DNA of 64,000 nucleotides from Chloroflexota bacterium (lineage in GTDB: Bacteria; Chloroflexota; Limnocylindria; Limnocylindrales; CSP1-4), in assembly GCA_025935925.1 (NCBI GenBank), contig JAICUI010000002.1:17588-81587 (forward strand), in the 5' to 3' direction. Shown piece after piece: positions 1 through 10,791 of the stretch. The stretch's first letter is position 1. Each line of letters starts with the position of its first letter. A program made the position numbers and the translations under genes. The notes below the pieces were generated by a model. That model had not been told where the DNA came from and made no database searches. It saw only the letters and a program-made list of their open reading frames with translations.

Positions 1-1272
1 GTCGCCGCCATCGCGGATCCCGCGGTGGTGGTCGATGCCGAGGGCCGCCCGATCGCGTGGAACCGGGCCGCCCAGGACGCGGGCCTCGGCGGCGAGGGCA
101 CGACCCCCGGCGCGGTGCCCGGATCGCTGCGCGTCGACCTCGCGGACGGCGGGGTCCTGCACGCGTGGCCGACCGCGGCGACCGTCGGCGACGACGAGAT
201 CGCCCGCCAGAAGGCCCGCATCCTCGAGCACCTCGCGCCCGGCGTCGCCCACGACCTCGTCAACCAGGTCGGTGGCATCCAGAGCTTCCTCCAGGTCGCG
301 CACGGGTTCGAGGGGCGGGACCGGCAGCTGCTCGACGAGTCGGCCGCGAACGCCCTGGGCACCGTCCGCGCGTTCCAGGACCTCGTGCGCACGCGCCGCA
401 CGGGTCCGGCCGAGGTGGACCTGGGCGATCTCGTGGCGCGAGCCCTCGCGATGGCGACCCATGCGCTGCACGAGGTGACCGTGTCCGTCGACGTGGCTCG
501 CGACCTGCCGCCGGTCCGCGCCGAGCCCGGCGAGGTGCGCCAGGCGCTGCTCGCGGTCATCGTCAATGCCCTCGACGCGCTGGGCTGGCCCGTCGCCCGC
601 GGCGAGCTCGGGATCGTCGCGCGGCGGACCGCGACCGGCGTCGCGGTGTCGATCGAGGACGACGCGACGCCAGTGCCGCCTCCGGCGGTGCCGCACCTGT
701 TCGATCCGCGGCCGCCTGCCGCGGCGCGCCGCGCGCCTCTCGACCTCGCCGTGGCGCGCCACCTCGCGCGCGCCGCCGGCGGCGACCTGCGCGCGGAGGC
801 TGCCGTCGGCCGCGGCAACCGGTTCGTGCTCGAGCTGCCCGCGGCGACCAGTCCCGACCCCGTCGAGCGCCGCGTTGCCACCGAGCCCGCCGTGGGCGCG
901 TCGGAGGCGGCTGTCCTCGTGTGCGACGACGACGAGGCGATCCGCGCGCTCATCGTCCGCGTCCTGCGACGGGAGGGCGTCGAGGCGATCGGCGTCCCGA
1001 CGGCCGATGCGGCCCTCGCCGCGATCGACGAGCGCCCGGTCGGCCTCGTGATCGCCGGCCACGACCTCGGCGCGACGTCCGGGCCGGACCTCTACCTCCG
1101 GATCGTCGGCCGGCGGCCGGACCTGCGCGGACGGTTCGTGCTGATCTCGGGCGACGGCGGCCACGAGGCGCTGGCCGGCTTCGCCCGCGAGCACGGGCTC
1201 CCGGTGATCGAGAAGCCGTTCGACGTCAACGAGCTCGCGACGCTCGTCCGGCAGGTCGCCGCCGCCCGCTGA
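1..1272 (+). CDS. hybrid sensor histidine kinase / response regulator (5' end outside window)
   Basis: Frame is open from base 1 with no stop before 25, so the gene is truncated by the window edge. It has a HisKA H-box (LAPGVAHDLVNQVGGI) and HATPase boxes (AVIVNALDAL, GRGNRFVLELP). A C-terminal receiver domain follows (AVLVCDDDEAIRALI ... VIEKPFDVNELATLV). Confidence 0.8.
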   Translation, partial: VAAIADPAVVVDAEGRPIAWNRAAQDAGLGGEGTTPGAVPGSLRVDLADGGVLHAWPTAATVGDDEIARQKARILEHLAPGVAHDLVNQVGGIQSFLQVAHGFEGRDRQLLDESAANALGTVRAFQDLVRTRRTGPAEVDLGDLVARALAMATHALHEVTVSVDVARDLPPVRAEPGEVRQALLAVIVNALDALGWPVARGELGIVARRTATGVAVSIEDDATPVPPPAVPHLFDPRPPAAARRAPLDLAVARHLARAAGGDLRAEAAVGRGNRFVLELPAATSPDPVERRVATEPAVGASEAAVLVCDDDEAIRALIVRVLRREGVEAIGVPTADAALAAIDERPVGLVIAGHDLGATSGPDLYLRIVGRRPDLRGRFVLISGDGGHEALAGFAREHGLPVIEKPFDVNELATLVRQVAAAR

Positions 1273-1287
1273 CGCGGGCCCGCGCGG

Positions 1288-2148
1288 TCAGCGCGGATAC
1301 GTGTGGAACCCGCGCCCCGTCTTCTGGCCGAGGTGGCCCTCTCCGACCAGCCGCTCGAGGATCGCCGGCGGCGCGAACTGCGGCTGGTCGAACCCGTCGT
1401 GGAGCACGCGCATGATCCCGAGCACGACGTCGAGCCCGATGAAGTCGGCGAGCTCGAGCGGCCCCATCGGGTGGTTGAGCCCGATCCTCGCCCCCGCGTC
1501 GATGTCCTCGGCGGTCCCGGTTCCCTCTTCGTACGCCCGCATCGCCTCGCCGAGGAGTGGCATCAGGATGCGGTTGACGAGGAACCCCGGACGGTCCGCC
1601 GAGACGATGACCTGCTTGCCGAGCTCGGCCGCGAGCTCCCGCATGGCGGCCTCGGTTGCGTCGTCGGTGGCCGAGCCCCGGATGAGCTCGACGAGCGGCA
1701 TCACCGGCACGGGGCTGAAGAAGTGGACGCCCACGAACGCCGGGCGTCGGGCCTCGCCGACGGCGCCGGCGAGGCGATCGATCGAGATCGACGAGGTGTT
1801 CGTGCCGAAGACGGCGGCCGGCGGCGCGACCCGGTCGAGCTCGGCCCACAGCGACGTCTTGACGGCGACGTCCTCGAACACCGCTTCGACGACGAGGTCG
1901 GCCTCGGCCGCCGCGGCCAGGTCGTCGGTGGCCGCGATCCGGGCGAGGATCGCGTCGCGCTCCGAGGCTTCCAGCCGGCCCTTGCCCACCTGGCGCTCGA
2001 GGTTGCCGCCGATCCGATCCCGTCCGGCCGTCGCGCGCGAGAGATCCGGCTCGTACAGCGTCACGTGCTTCCCGGCCGCGGCATGGACCTGCGCGATGCC
2101 GTGGCCCATCAGGCCGGCACCCGCGACGAAGACGCGCTCGATCGCCAT
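1288..2148 (-). CDS. 3-hydroxyacyl-CoA / 3-hydroxybutyryl-CoA dehydrogenase
   Basis: N-terminal Rossmann motif VAGAGLMGHGIAQV. HFFSPVPVMPLVELI and NRILMP motifs are typical of the Hbd/PaaH/FadB2 family. Complete 286-aa ORF. Confidence 0.9.
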   Translation of the reverse strand: MAIERVFVAGAGLMGHGIAQVHAAAGKHVTLYEPDLSRATAGRDRIGGNLERQVGKGRLEASERDAILARIAATDDLAAAAEADLVVEAVFEDVAVKTSLWAELDRVAPPAAVFGTNTSSISIDRLAGAVGEARRPAFVGVHFFSPVPVMPLVELIRGSATDDATEAAMRELAAELGKQVIVSADRPGFLVNRILMPLLGEAMRAYEEGTGTAEDIDAGARIGLNHPMGPLELADFIGLDVVLGIMRVLHDGFDQPQFAPPAILERLVGEGHLGQKTGRGFHTYPR

Positions 2149-2189
2149 GGCCGGAGCCTACTCCGCCACCCTGCCGGCCGCCGTCGCGA

Positions 2190-3185
2190 TCACGCCTCGC
2201 GCACGCCGCCGTCCCCGAGCAGCGCGAGCAGCCGGTCGGCAGCCTCGTACGGGTCGAGCTCGTGGCGCGCGACCGCCTCGTACACTGCCCCGGTCGCGCC
2301 GCCGCCGGTTCCCTCCGCCAAGCGGTCCCGGATCCGCTGCGCGACGATCCCGTCGACCTGGGCCGTGGCGCGCGCGACCCGCGCCGCCTCCGCCGATGAG
2401 CCGTCCGCCCGGCGCCGGTCCAGCAGCGCGATGAGCTCCGGGATCCCCTCCCCGGAGATCGCCGTCGTGACGATGACCTCCGGTCGCTTCGGCGCGCGAC
2501 GCGACGGGTCCGCGTCGCCGCGCCCGACCGACGGGACCAGCATCGCTCGGAGCTGCGCCGCGGTTCGCTGCGCGCCGGGCCGGTCGCCCTTGTTGACGAC
2601 GACGATGTCGGCGACCTCGAGGAGCCCCGCCTTGATCGCCTGCACCTCGTCACCCATCTCCGGCGCCTCGAGCACGACGGTCGTGTCGGCCGCGGCCGCG
2701 ACTTCGACCTCGCTCTGGCCGGTTCCGACCGTCTCGAGCAGGACGACATCGAAGCCGGCGGCATCGAGCACGGCCGCCGCCGCGGCGGACGTCGACGACA
2801 GCCCGCCGGCGTGGCCCCGCGAGGCCATCGACCGGATGAACACCCCGTCGTCGGAGGCGTACGCCTGCATCCGGACGCGGTCGCCGAGCAGCGCCCCGCC
2901 GGTGATCGGCGACGAGGGGTCCACGGCGACGACCGCCACCGAGCGCCCGTCCTCGCGCAGCCGCGCGATGAGCGCGGCCACCAGCGTCGACTTGCCGGCG
3001 CCGGGCGGCCCGGTGATGCCGACCAGGTGCGCGGAGCCCGCCTCGGGATACAGGCGGCGCAGCGCGGCCTCCGCGAGCGGCGTGTGGTTCTCGACGGCGG
3101 TCAGGAGCCGCGCGAGGGAGCGCCGGTCGCCCGCGCGGGCGGCGTCCGCGAGGGCCGTCGCGCGATCGGCCGCGTCGGCGGTCAC
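2190..3185 (-). CDS. meaB: MeaB/ArgK-type G3E GTPase (acyl-CoA mutase chaperone)
   Basis: Walker [15 protein letters not shown] and NKxD motif VVVNKGD. The GTG start overlaps the stop of the upstream mutase B12 subunit (GTGA at 3182-3185). Confidence 0.9.
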   Translation of the reverse strand: MTADAADRATALADAARAGDRRSLARLLTAVENHTPLAEAALRRLYPEAGSAHLVGITGPPGAGKSTLVAALIARLREDGRSVAVVAVDPSSPITGGALLGDRVRMQAYASDDGVFIRSMASRGHAGGLSSTSAAAAAVLDAAGFDVVLLETVGTGQSEVEVAAAADTTVVLEAPEMGDEVQAIKAGLLEVADIVVVNKGDRPGAQRTAAQLRAMLVPSVGRGDADPSRRAPKRPEVIVTTAISGEGIPELIALLDRRRADGSSAEAARVARATAQVDGIVAQRIRDRLAEGTGGGATGAVYEAVARHELDPYEAADRLLALLGDGGVREA

Positions 3186-3589
3186 GCCCCGCGTGGGGTC
3201 GCGTTCGCGCGCAGGAAGTCGGCCACCTCGCGGATCGTCGTGCCGGGCCCGAACACCCCGGCGACGCCCTGCGCCCGCAGCTCCGCGACGTCGTCGTCGG
3301 GGATGATCCCGCCGACCGTGACGAGGACGTCGTGCAGGCCCCGCTCACGCATCAGCGCGGTGATCCGCGGCACGAGCGTCATGTGCGCGCCCGACAGGAT
3401 CGACAGCCCGACGACGTCGACGTCCTCCTGGAGGGCCGCGGTCACGACCATCTCGGGCGTCTGGCGGAGCCCCGTGTACACGACCTCGAAGCCCTCGTCG
3501 CGCAGCCCGCGCGCGAGCACCTTGGCGCCGCGGTCGTGCCCGTCGAGGCCGGGCTTCGCGATCAGGACCTTGAGCGGGCGGTCGGCCAT
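3182..3589 (-). CDS. acyl-CoA mutase small subunit, cobalamin-binding domain
   Basis: 135-aa protein starting [29 protein letters not shown], with the canonical DxHxxG B12 motif. Size and layout match IcmB or the MCM C-terminal domain. Confidence 0.9.
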   Translation of the reverse strand: MADRPLKVLIAKPGLDGHDRGAKVLARGLRDEGFEVVYTGLRQTPEMVVTAALQEDVDVVGLSILSGAHMTLVPRITALMRERGLHDVLVTVGGIIPDDDVAELRAQGVAGVFGPGTTIREVADFLRANATPRGA

Positions 3590-3611
3590 GGCCGCGATTG
3601 TACGGGCGCCG

Positions 3612-4308
3612 TCAGGCGCTCGGCGCCGGGCGACCGAGGTGCGCGAAGAACTCCGCGCGCGTCCGGTCGTCGCGACGGAACAGGCCCAGCACGGACGCGG
3701 TCGTCATCACCGTCCCCGGCTTGCGCACGCCGCGCATGACCGCGCACAGGTGCGTCGCCTCCACGACGACGCCGACGCCCTCGGGCGCGAGGCGCTCCAT
3801 CAGGAACTCGGCGATCTGCTTCGTCAGGCGCTCCTGGACCTGCAGCCGCCGGGCGTACATCTCGACGATCCGCGGGATCTTCGACAGCCCGATCACCTTG
3901 TCGTGCGGGATGTACGCCACGTGCGCGGACCCGAAGAACGGCAGCAGGTGGTGCTCGCACAGCGAGTAGAACGGGATGTCCTTGACGACGACCATCTCGC
4001 TGTAGTCGACGTCGAACACGGCCCGGTTGATGAGCCGCGCGGGGTCGACGTGGTAGCCCGCGGTCAGCTCGTGGTACATCCGGTGCACCCGGTCGGGCGT
4101 CGCCAGGAGGCCCTCGCGCGCCGGGTCCTCGCCGATCTCGACGAGGATGTCCCGCACGGCGTCCTCGATCCTGCCGTTCGACCCCGCCAGCGGCGGCACG
4201 GCGGCCTCGAGCAGCTGCTCCGCGTCGTCCTCCCCGATCTCGCTCTCGATCTCGGTCACGATCCGGCGGATCGACTCCGGGAGCTCGCGACGATCGGGCT
4301 CGGTGCCG

Positions 4309-4316
<8 letters not shown>
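3612..4316 (-). CDS. folE: GTP cyclohydrolase I
   Basis: Motifs [17 protein letters not shown] and [10 protein letters not shown]. It has an acidic N-terminal extension of about 45 aa. Confidence 0.9.
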
Positions 4317-5505
<1,189 letters not shown>

Positions 5506-5516
5506 CGATCGGGATC

Positions 5517-6449
5517 CTAGCCGCGCGGCGCCGTCACCAAGGCGAGGATCGCGGCGCCCACGATCTCCGGCGCGTAGCGCATCAGGTTGTGCCCGACGCG
5601 CGGCACGACCACGATGTCGATCCCCGAGCCACCGACCGCGACGCGCGTCTCGGCGCACCGGGTGGCCTCGGCCGTCCGCGACGCCGGCTCGGGCGCACCG
5701 CCCGCCAGCAGGATCGTGATCGGCGCGTCCACCGCGGCGAGCACGAGCGCCGGATCCTCGTCGAACATCGAGCGGACCATCGCCTCGACCACGTGCGGCC
5801 GCACGGCCTTCACGACGTGCCCGGCGGCGGTCTCGACGACCGCGTCGCGCGCCGTCCGCTCCTGGTCCGCATCCCACGTCGACGGATCGAAGGCGCGCCG
5901 GTCCGCGAGCCAGGCGTCGAGCGACGCCATGACCTCCGGCGGTTCGTCGAGGCCGCGCAGGAACTCGTCGACGCCCAGCCCCGTCGTCTCCTCCAGCCGC
6001 TCGAAGCCACCGTCGACGAGCACGAGTCCCGCGCACCGGTCGCCGAGCGCGACGGCCGCGCGCGCGGCCACCTGGCCGCCGAAGCCGTGGCCCGCGAGGA
6101 CGACACGGCCACCGACGCCGGCCCCGTCCGCGACCGTGACGGCATCGTCGCCCAGCGTCGCGAGGTCGTAGCCCTCCATCGGGGCGTCGCTCAGCCCCTG
6201 ACCGCGCAGATCCGCGACGATCGTCCGGGCGAGGCCCGCGAGCCGCCGGGCCACCGGCGCCCACGACGAGGCCGGCTGGAGCAGCCCGGGCAGCAGGAGC
6301 ACGCCGGTGCCCGGCGTCCCGTCCGCGCGCGCCTCCGGCCCGCCCCAGTCGTGGAAGTGGAGCCGGGTGCCGTCGTCGGCGGTGACCAGGAACCCCTCGG
6401 GCGCCGCGCGCGGATCGGGATCCATCGCGCCGTAGGATACGGGCGCCAT
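5517..6449 (-). CDS. alpha/beta-hydrolase-fold protein (Gly at nucleophile position)
   Basis: Typical pattern DGTRLHFHDWGG ... VLLLPG ... VVLAGHGFGGQVA ... LVLVDGG. The nucleophile elbow reads GHGFG rather than GxSxG. Start is ATG 6449 (MAPVSYG) or ATG 6425 (MDPDP); the rest of the 435-aa ORF is shadow sequence. Confidence 0.7.
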   Translation of the reverse strand: MAPVSYGAMDPDPRAAPEGFLVTADDGTRLHFHDWGGPEARADGTPGTGVLLLPGLLQPASSWAPVARRLAGLARTIVADLRGQGLSDAPMEGYDLATLGDDAVTVADGAGVGGRVVLAGHGFGGQVAARAAVALGDRCAGLVLVDGGFERLEETTGLGVDEFLRGLDEPPEVMASLDAWLADRRAFDPSTWDADQERTARDAVVETAAGHVVKAVRPHVVEAMVRSMFDEDPALVLAAVDAPITILLAGGAPEPASRTAEATRCAETRVAVGGSGIDIVVVPRVGHNLMRYAPEIVGAAILALVTAPRG

Positions 6450-6483
6450 GCCGAAGCGCCGCCGCGGATCACGCTCGTTCCCG

Positions 6484-6864
6484 ATGCGCCCGGCCGCGCG
6501 CCACCAGCGCTTCGACCGCCTCGTCGACCGCGCCGTCGCGCGCATCCCGCCGCCGTTCCGGGCGGCGCTCGACGAGATCGCGCTGGTCATCGCGGACGAG
6601 CCGACGCCCGAGCAGCTGCGCGAGAACGGGCTCCGGCCGGACGACACGCTGTACGGCCTGTACGAGGGCGTGCCGCTCGACGCGTGGGGCGGCGACTGGG
6701 TCCCGGTGCCGACGCGGATCGTGCTGTTCCGCCTGCCCCTCGAGGAGGACTTCGCCGACCCCGACGAGCTCGCCGACGAGGTCCGGGTGACGATCCTCCA
6801 CGAGCTCGCCCACCACCTGGGCATCGAGGACGAGGAGCGCCTGGCCGAGCTCGGGATCGACTGA
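6484..6864 (+). CDS. zincin-like metallopeptidase family protein (DUF1025-like)
   Basis: HELAHH zinc motif near the C-terminus. The small size and the N-terminal FDRLVDRAVARIPPPFRAAL pattern resemble the DUF1025/zincin family. ATG 6484 is preferred over ATG 6448, which would overlap the divergent start codon at 6447-6449. Confidence 0.7.
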   Translation: MRPAARHQRFDRLVDRAVARIPPPFRAALDEIALVIADEPTPEQLRENGLRPDDTLYGLYEGVPLDAWGGDWVPVPTRIVLFRLPLEEDFADPDELADEVRVTILHELAHHLGIEDEERLAELGID

Positions 6865-6870
6865 GCGCTG

Positions 6871-8055
6871 TCAGCCCGCGGTGATCGAGGCGACGCCGGC
6901 GAGCATGACCAGGAGCCCGAGGACCGCGACGACCGCCAGGCCGGGCGTGAGCCACGGGCTCCAGACGCTCCGACCGCGGACGGGCTCGCGGCGGCCGAGC
7001 TCGAGCCCGTGCGTGTACCGCGTCAACGCGGCGAACGCATGCACCGCGGGCGCGGCGGCGATCGCCTCGACGAGGAACGTCAGCGTGCCGAGCGCGAACA
7101 CGAGTGCTGCGGCGATCGGGACGACGACGACGACCGGGACGTGCTCGACGACCCCGGCGCCGGCGAGAACGCGGCCGATCGCGTCGATCCCCGCCGACAG
7201 CCCGAACGTGACGATGAACTGGCTGAACACCCCGAACAGCGTCACGACGATCGCGAGCCGCTTGCGAAGCATCACCAGGCGGAACGAGCGCGAGATCGCC
7301 TCCCCGGCACCCACCTCTCCGAGCACCACGCCCGCCGGGACGTACACGAACGGCGCGGACACGACGAGCGAGATGACGAGGCCCAGTCCGGTCCCGATGA
7401 GGTCCCCAGCGGCGAAGCCGACGACGAAGAACAGCGCGATCGACAACACCAGGCTGACGAAGCCGCTGACGATGCTCACGAGGAGCCGCGGCCCGAGGAT
7501 CGACCAGAACCGCCGTCGCGCGATCGCGATCGACTCGCGGAGCGCGAGCGGCCGGCCCTCCACCCGCCCGCCGATGACCGCCGTCGCGAGGCCGGCCGCC
7601 TCGGCGCCGGCGGCGACCAGCCCGGCGATGGCCGGCAGCAACGCGAGCAGCAGCCACCCGACCCACGCGGGCGGGCCGGCGTACGGACCGGATGCGCGGA
7701 CGCCCACGCCCGGGAGGTCGTCGCCGGTCGCCAGCACGATGCCGACGATCACCGCGAGCGGCCCGAGCGTGACGAGCACGAGGAACCCGATGTAGAACGA
7801 TGGGCCGCGCAGCCCGGTGTCCGACCGGGTCAGGAGGTCGAGCGCCTGGCGGACGAGATCGCGCGCACCGAGTGGCAGCCTCGCGACGGCCTCGCTCATC
7901 GGGGGCGCGGCGGCGACCGGCACGTACCCGGGATCGGGGTACGGCGAAGGTGCGGGCGGCGGCGGAAGCGCGGCGCCGGCGAGCGCGAACGGCCGGGCTG
8001 CCGGAGGCGGCGGCGGCTGCATCGGCCCGAACGCGTCGCCGCCGGGCGCGTCCAT
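6871..8055 (-). CDS. polytopic membrane protein with Pro-rich N-terminus, unknown function
   Basis: ATG 8055 overlaps the stop of the upstream dehydratase (ATGA). A Pro/Ala-rich cytoplasmic head (PPPPPAARPF ... PPPPAPSPYPDPGY) is followed by at least 6 long hydrophobic segments. No motif recognised. Confidence 0.65.
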   Translation of the reverse strand: MDAPGGDAFGPMQPPPPPAARPFALAGAALPPPPAPSPYPDPGYVPVAAAPPMSEAVARLPLGARDLVRQALDLLTRSDTGLRGPSFYIGFLVLVTLGPLAVIVGIVLATGDDLPGVGVRASGPYAGPPAWVGWLLLALLPAIAGLVAAGAEAAGLATAVIGGRVEGRPLALRESIAIARRRFWSILGPRLLVSIVSGFVSLVLSIALFFVVGFAAGDLIGTGLGLVISLVVSAPFVYVPAGVVLGEVGAGEAISRSFRLVMLRKRLAIVVTLFGVFSQFIVTFGLSAGIDAIGRVLAGAGVVEHVPVVVVVPIAAALVFALGTLTFLVEAIAAAPAVHAFAALTRYTHGLELGRREPVRGRSVWSPWLTPGLAVVAVLGLLVMLAGVASITAG

Positions 8056-9071
8056 CAGTCGCCGGGAGCGAGCGGAGCGGCGGCGGCGAGGAGCTCGCCC
8101 AGGCGATCGGTCGCGACGTTGCCGCCGGACAGCAGGACCGCGACCCGGTCGCCGTCCCGGAGCGGGATGGCGCCGGTCAGGACGGCGGCGAGCGCTGCGG
8201 CGCCGGCCGGCTCGAGGACCTGCTTCGTCCGCTCGACCGCGAACCGCATGCCGGCGAGGATCGCGGCGTCGTCGATGACGGCGAGCCCGGCGAGATAGCG
8301 CTTGGCGATCTCGAGCGCGAGGTGGCCGGCGGATGGCGCGTTGAGGCCGTCCGCGACGCTGTGCGGGGTGACGCGGACGGGCTCGTCCGCGGCGAGCGCC
8401 TGGCGCAAGGCGTCGGACCCGTCGGGCTCCACGCCGTAGACGCGGATCCCGGGCCGCGACTCGCACAACGCCACGGTGACGCCGCCGATGAGGCCGCCCC
8501 CGCCCACCGCGATGACGACGACGTCGACGTCCGGAAGCTCCTCCACGATCTCGAGGCCGCAGGACCCGTTGCCGAGGAGCACCTCGGGCTGGTCATAGGG
8601 ATGGACGAGGACGAGCCCGCGCTCGTCCCGGAGCCGCTCCAGGTGCTCGAGGCTCTCGCCGACGTGCGTGCCGTGGAGGACGACCTCGGCGCCGTACTCG
8701 CGGCAGGCCGCGACCTTCGCGGCGACGGCGCCCTCGGGCATCACCACGGTCATCGGGACGCCGGCCTCGCGTGCCGCCCAGGCGTACGCCGCGCCCGCGT
8801 TGCCGGCCGAGATGGTGATCGCACCGCGCGCCTTCTCGTCGTCGGTCAGCGACGAGATCCTGGCGAGCGCCGCGCGCGCCTTGAACGAGCCGGTCTTCTG
8901 GAGGTGCTCGGCCTTGAGGTAGAGCCGACCGTCGGCGACCTGGACGCCGCACGTGGCGCGGACGACGCGTGCCGCCGTCGTCGACGTGAGGATCGGCGTG
9001 TGGTGGACGCGGCCACCGAGCGACGCCCGCGTCGACTGGATCGCGGCGAGGGTGATGGGTGTGTCGCTCAC
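8055..9071 (-). CDS. PLP-dependent threonine/serine dehydratase (threonine ammonia-lyase type)
   Basis: PLP-lysine motif LQKTGSFKARAA and glycine loop VGGGGLIGG. Complete 338-aa ORF of the Trp-synthase-beta fold family. Confidence 0.85.
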   Translation of the reverse strand: MSDTPITLAAIQSTRASLGGRVHHTPILTSTTAARVVRATCGVQVADGRLYLKAEHLQKTGSFKARAALARISSLTDDEKARGAITISAGNAGAAYAWAAREAGVPMTVVMPEGAVAAKVAACREYGAEVVLHGTHVGESLEHLERLRDERGLVLVHPYDQPEVLLGNGSCGLEIVEELPDVDVVVIAVGGGGLIGGVTVALCESRPGIRVYGVEPDGSDALRQALAADEPVRVTPHSVADGLNAPSAGHLALEIAKRYLAGLAVIDDAAILAGMRFAVERTKQVLEPAGAAALAAVLTGAIPLRDGDRVAVLLSGGNVATDRLGELLAAAAPLAPGD

Positions 9072-9092
9072 CGCGCGAGTATGACCGGGCGA

Positions 9093-10370
9093 TCAGCCCG
9101 CGGGTCGTGCCCGTGGCAGCCCGATGCCGATCGCGATCGCGACGAGCAGCGCGCTCGATCCCATCGCGAGGACGACGAGGAGCAGCCCCGCGACCGTCGC
9201 CGGGCCCGACGCCGTCGGCAGCCCGAGGGCGAGCAGCGCGACACCCGCGTTCGCGCCGACGAGCCGGGCCACCGAGACGCGCCCGAGCACGCCGCGCTGC
9301 CGGGCATGCGCCGCCTGGTCGCCCGGACCGATGGCGGGCAGCAGGTGCGAGCCGGACGCGATCACCGCGAGCCCGACCCAGCCGACGACGAGCGGCGCCA
9401 CCACGGTGTCGAGCGACCAGGCGGAGGGATCGGCGCCAAGGACGAGGATCCTGCCGCCCGCGACGACGGTGCCGACGACGAACCAGGCGATCGACGACGC
9501 GAGGCCGCCGATCACGAACAGGTGCCAGGTCCGGTCGGTCGTCCATCGCCCGCGCCGCCGCGCGACCTCCGACGCGTACGTCGCGAGCGCGAGCGCGCCG
9601 ACGATCGTCGCGACCCCGCCGATCCGCGCGACGAGGCCCGACCCTGCGGCGAACCCGAGCGGCACCCCGTACCCGCCGAGCGCGATGCCCAGGATCGCGA
9701 CCCGCCCCGTCGGGCGGTCGAGGATCCGCGTGCCGGTCACGGTCGGGAAGAAGTGCACCAGCGTGCCGGCGATCACCAGCGAGACGAACCCGACGAGGTT
9801 GAGCCACCCGTGCGCCGGCTTCAGCCGCAGCCACGCTTCCGCGACCGGCCCGAAGCCGCCGACGAGGAGCGTCGCCAGCGTGGCGCCGATGGTCACGGCG
9901 AGCAGCGCCGCGAGGTAGGCGCGGCTGACGATGCCGCCGCTGGGCCCGAGCGCGTGCCGGATCGGTCCGACCGTGGACACGCCGGCGAGCAGGATCCCGG
10001 CGATGAACGACACGCCGCCGGCGACCGCGAGCCACGAGACCGCCATGACGACCCCTGACGCGACGCCCAGCGCGCCGACCGCGACGGCGGCCAGGCTGGC
10101 GAAGCGCACCTTGACGTCGATCGGCGCGGCCGCCGCAAACGCCGCGACGAAGAACGGCATCACGCCGACGATCGCGAGCGTCGCGCTGCCGGCGAGCGCG
10201 AGGTGGAGTGGCAGCCAGGCGCCGTGGCGGTCGGCGGGCGGGAGCGCGAGCGACAGCAGCGCAGCGACGAGGAATGCCACCGAACCTGCGATCGCCACGA
10301 GCGCCACGAGCCGATCGCCCGACCGGTCGACGGGCTTGATCCGTTGTCGCGGCAGGCTCCCGGCGATCAC
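9093..10370 (-). CDS. polytopic integral membrane protein, unknown function
   Basis: About 12 hydrophobic helices with an internally repeated His-containing motif (LVHFFPTVTG / GSHLLPAIGPG). Start set at GTG 10370, just inside the AT-richer divergent region. The upstream part of the 525-aa ORF crosses that intergenic region and is not protein-like. Confidence 0.6.
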   Translation of the reverse strand: MIAGSLPRQRIKPVDRSGDRLVALVAIAGSVAFLVAALLSLALPPADRHGAWLPLHLALAGSATLAIVGVMPFFVAAFAAAAPIDVKVRFASLAAVAVGALGVASGVVMAVSWLAVAGGVSFIAGILLAGVSTVGPIRHALGPSGGIVSRAYLAALLAVTIGATLATLLVGGFGPVAEAWLRLKPAHGWLNLVGFVSLVIAGTLVHFFPTVTGTRILDRPTGRVAILGIALGGYGVPLGFAAGSGLVARIGGVATIVGALALATYASEVARRRGRWTTDRTWHLFVIGGLASSIAWFVVGTVVAGGRILVLGADPSAWSLDTVVAPLVVGWVGLAVIASGSHLLPAIGPGDQAAHARQRGVLGRVSVARLVGANAGVALLALGLPTASGPATVAGLLLVVLAMGSSALLVAIAIGIGLPRARPAG

Positions 10371-10397
10371 GACAGGAAACTGTAGCGCGAGAGTACG

Positions 10398-10423
10398 AAT
10401 TCTGAATTTGCGTTGTTGCGCAA
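10398..10423. promoter_or_regulatory. candidate operator / divergent promoter region (two short palindromes)
   Basis: This is the lowest-GC stretch of the window, between the divergent membrane-protein and ArsR genes. It contains AATTC-T-GAATT (10398-10408) and TTGCGCAA (10416-10423). Confidence 0.3.
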
Positions 10424-10443
10424 GCAGTGAGAGACTGGCGGTC

Positions 10444-10740
10444 GTGATCGAGACACCGGTCAGCACGGAGGACGAGCGCAACCGCTTCGCGGCGGTCGCC
10501 CGCGCCCTCGGCGACCCCAAGCGGCTGTGCGTCCTCGAGTCCCTCGCCGGTGGCGAGGCCTCGGTCGGCGAGCTCGCGAGCCGGGTCGCGTGCCAGGTGC
10601 CGAACATGAGCCAGCATCTCTCGGTGCTGCGCTCCGCCGGACTCGTCACGACCCGCCGCGACGGGAGCACGGTCTACTACCGGCTCGCGGATCCCCGGGT
10701 CCTCGAGGCCTACAAGGTTCTCCAGTCCATCGCCCGCTGA
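10444..10740 (+). CDS. ArsR/SmtB-family transcriptional regulator
   Basis: Winged-HTH signature ALGDPKRLCVLESLAGGEASVGELASRVACQVPNMSQHLSVLRSAGLVTTRRDGSTVYYRL. GTG 10444 was chosen as the start; TTG 10408 is also in frame. Confidence 0.8.
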   Translation: MIETPVSTEDERNRFAAVARALGDPKRLCVLESLAGGEASVGELASRVACQVPNMSQHLSVLRSAGLVTTRRDGSTVYYRLADPRVLEAYKVLQSIAR

Positions 10741-10791
10741 TCGGGCCGAGCACAGCCTCCGCCGGCCTGGCGGGAGAAAGGAGCCGCCTCC

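Noticed and set aside
1226-2764. Dozens of long ORFs in alternative frames or antisense to recognisable genes, for example 1226..2764, 7800..10058, 47517..50459, 53247..56369 and 50922..51704.
   Set aside because: Their translations are dominated by Arg, Pro, Gly and Ala and have no motifs. They overlap genes with clear family signatures. In DNA this GC-rich, stop codons are rare, so such shadow ORFs are expected.
6447-6450. Divergent genes whose longest-ORF start codons overlap (ATG 6448 on plus, ATG 6449 on minus).
   Set aside because: This layout leaves no room for promoters. Internal starts (ATG 6484 for the peptidase, possibly ATG 6425 for the hydrolase-fold protein) give normal N-termini, so the overlap is probably an ORF-calling artefact.
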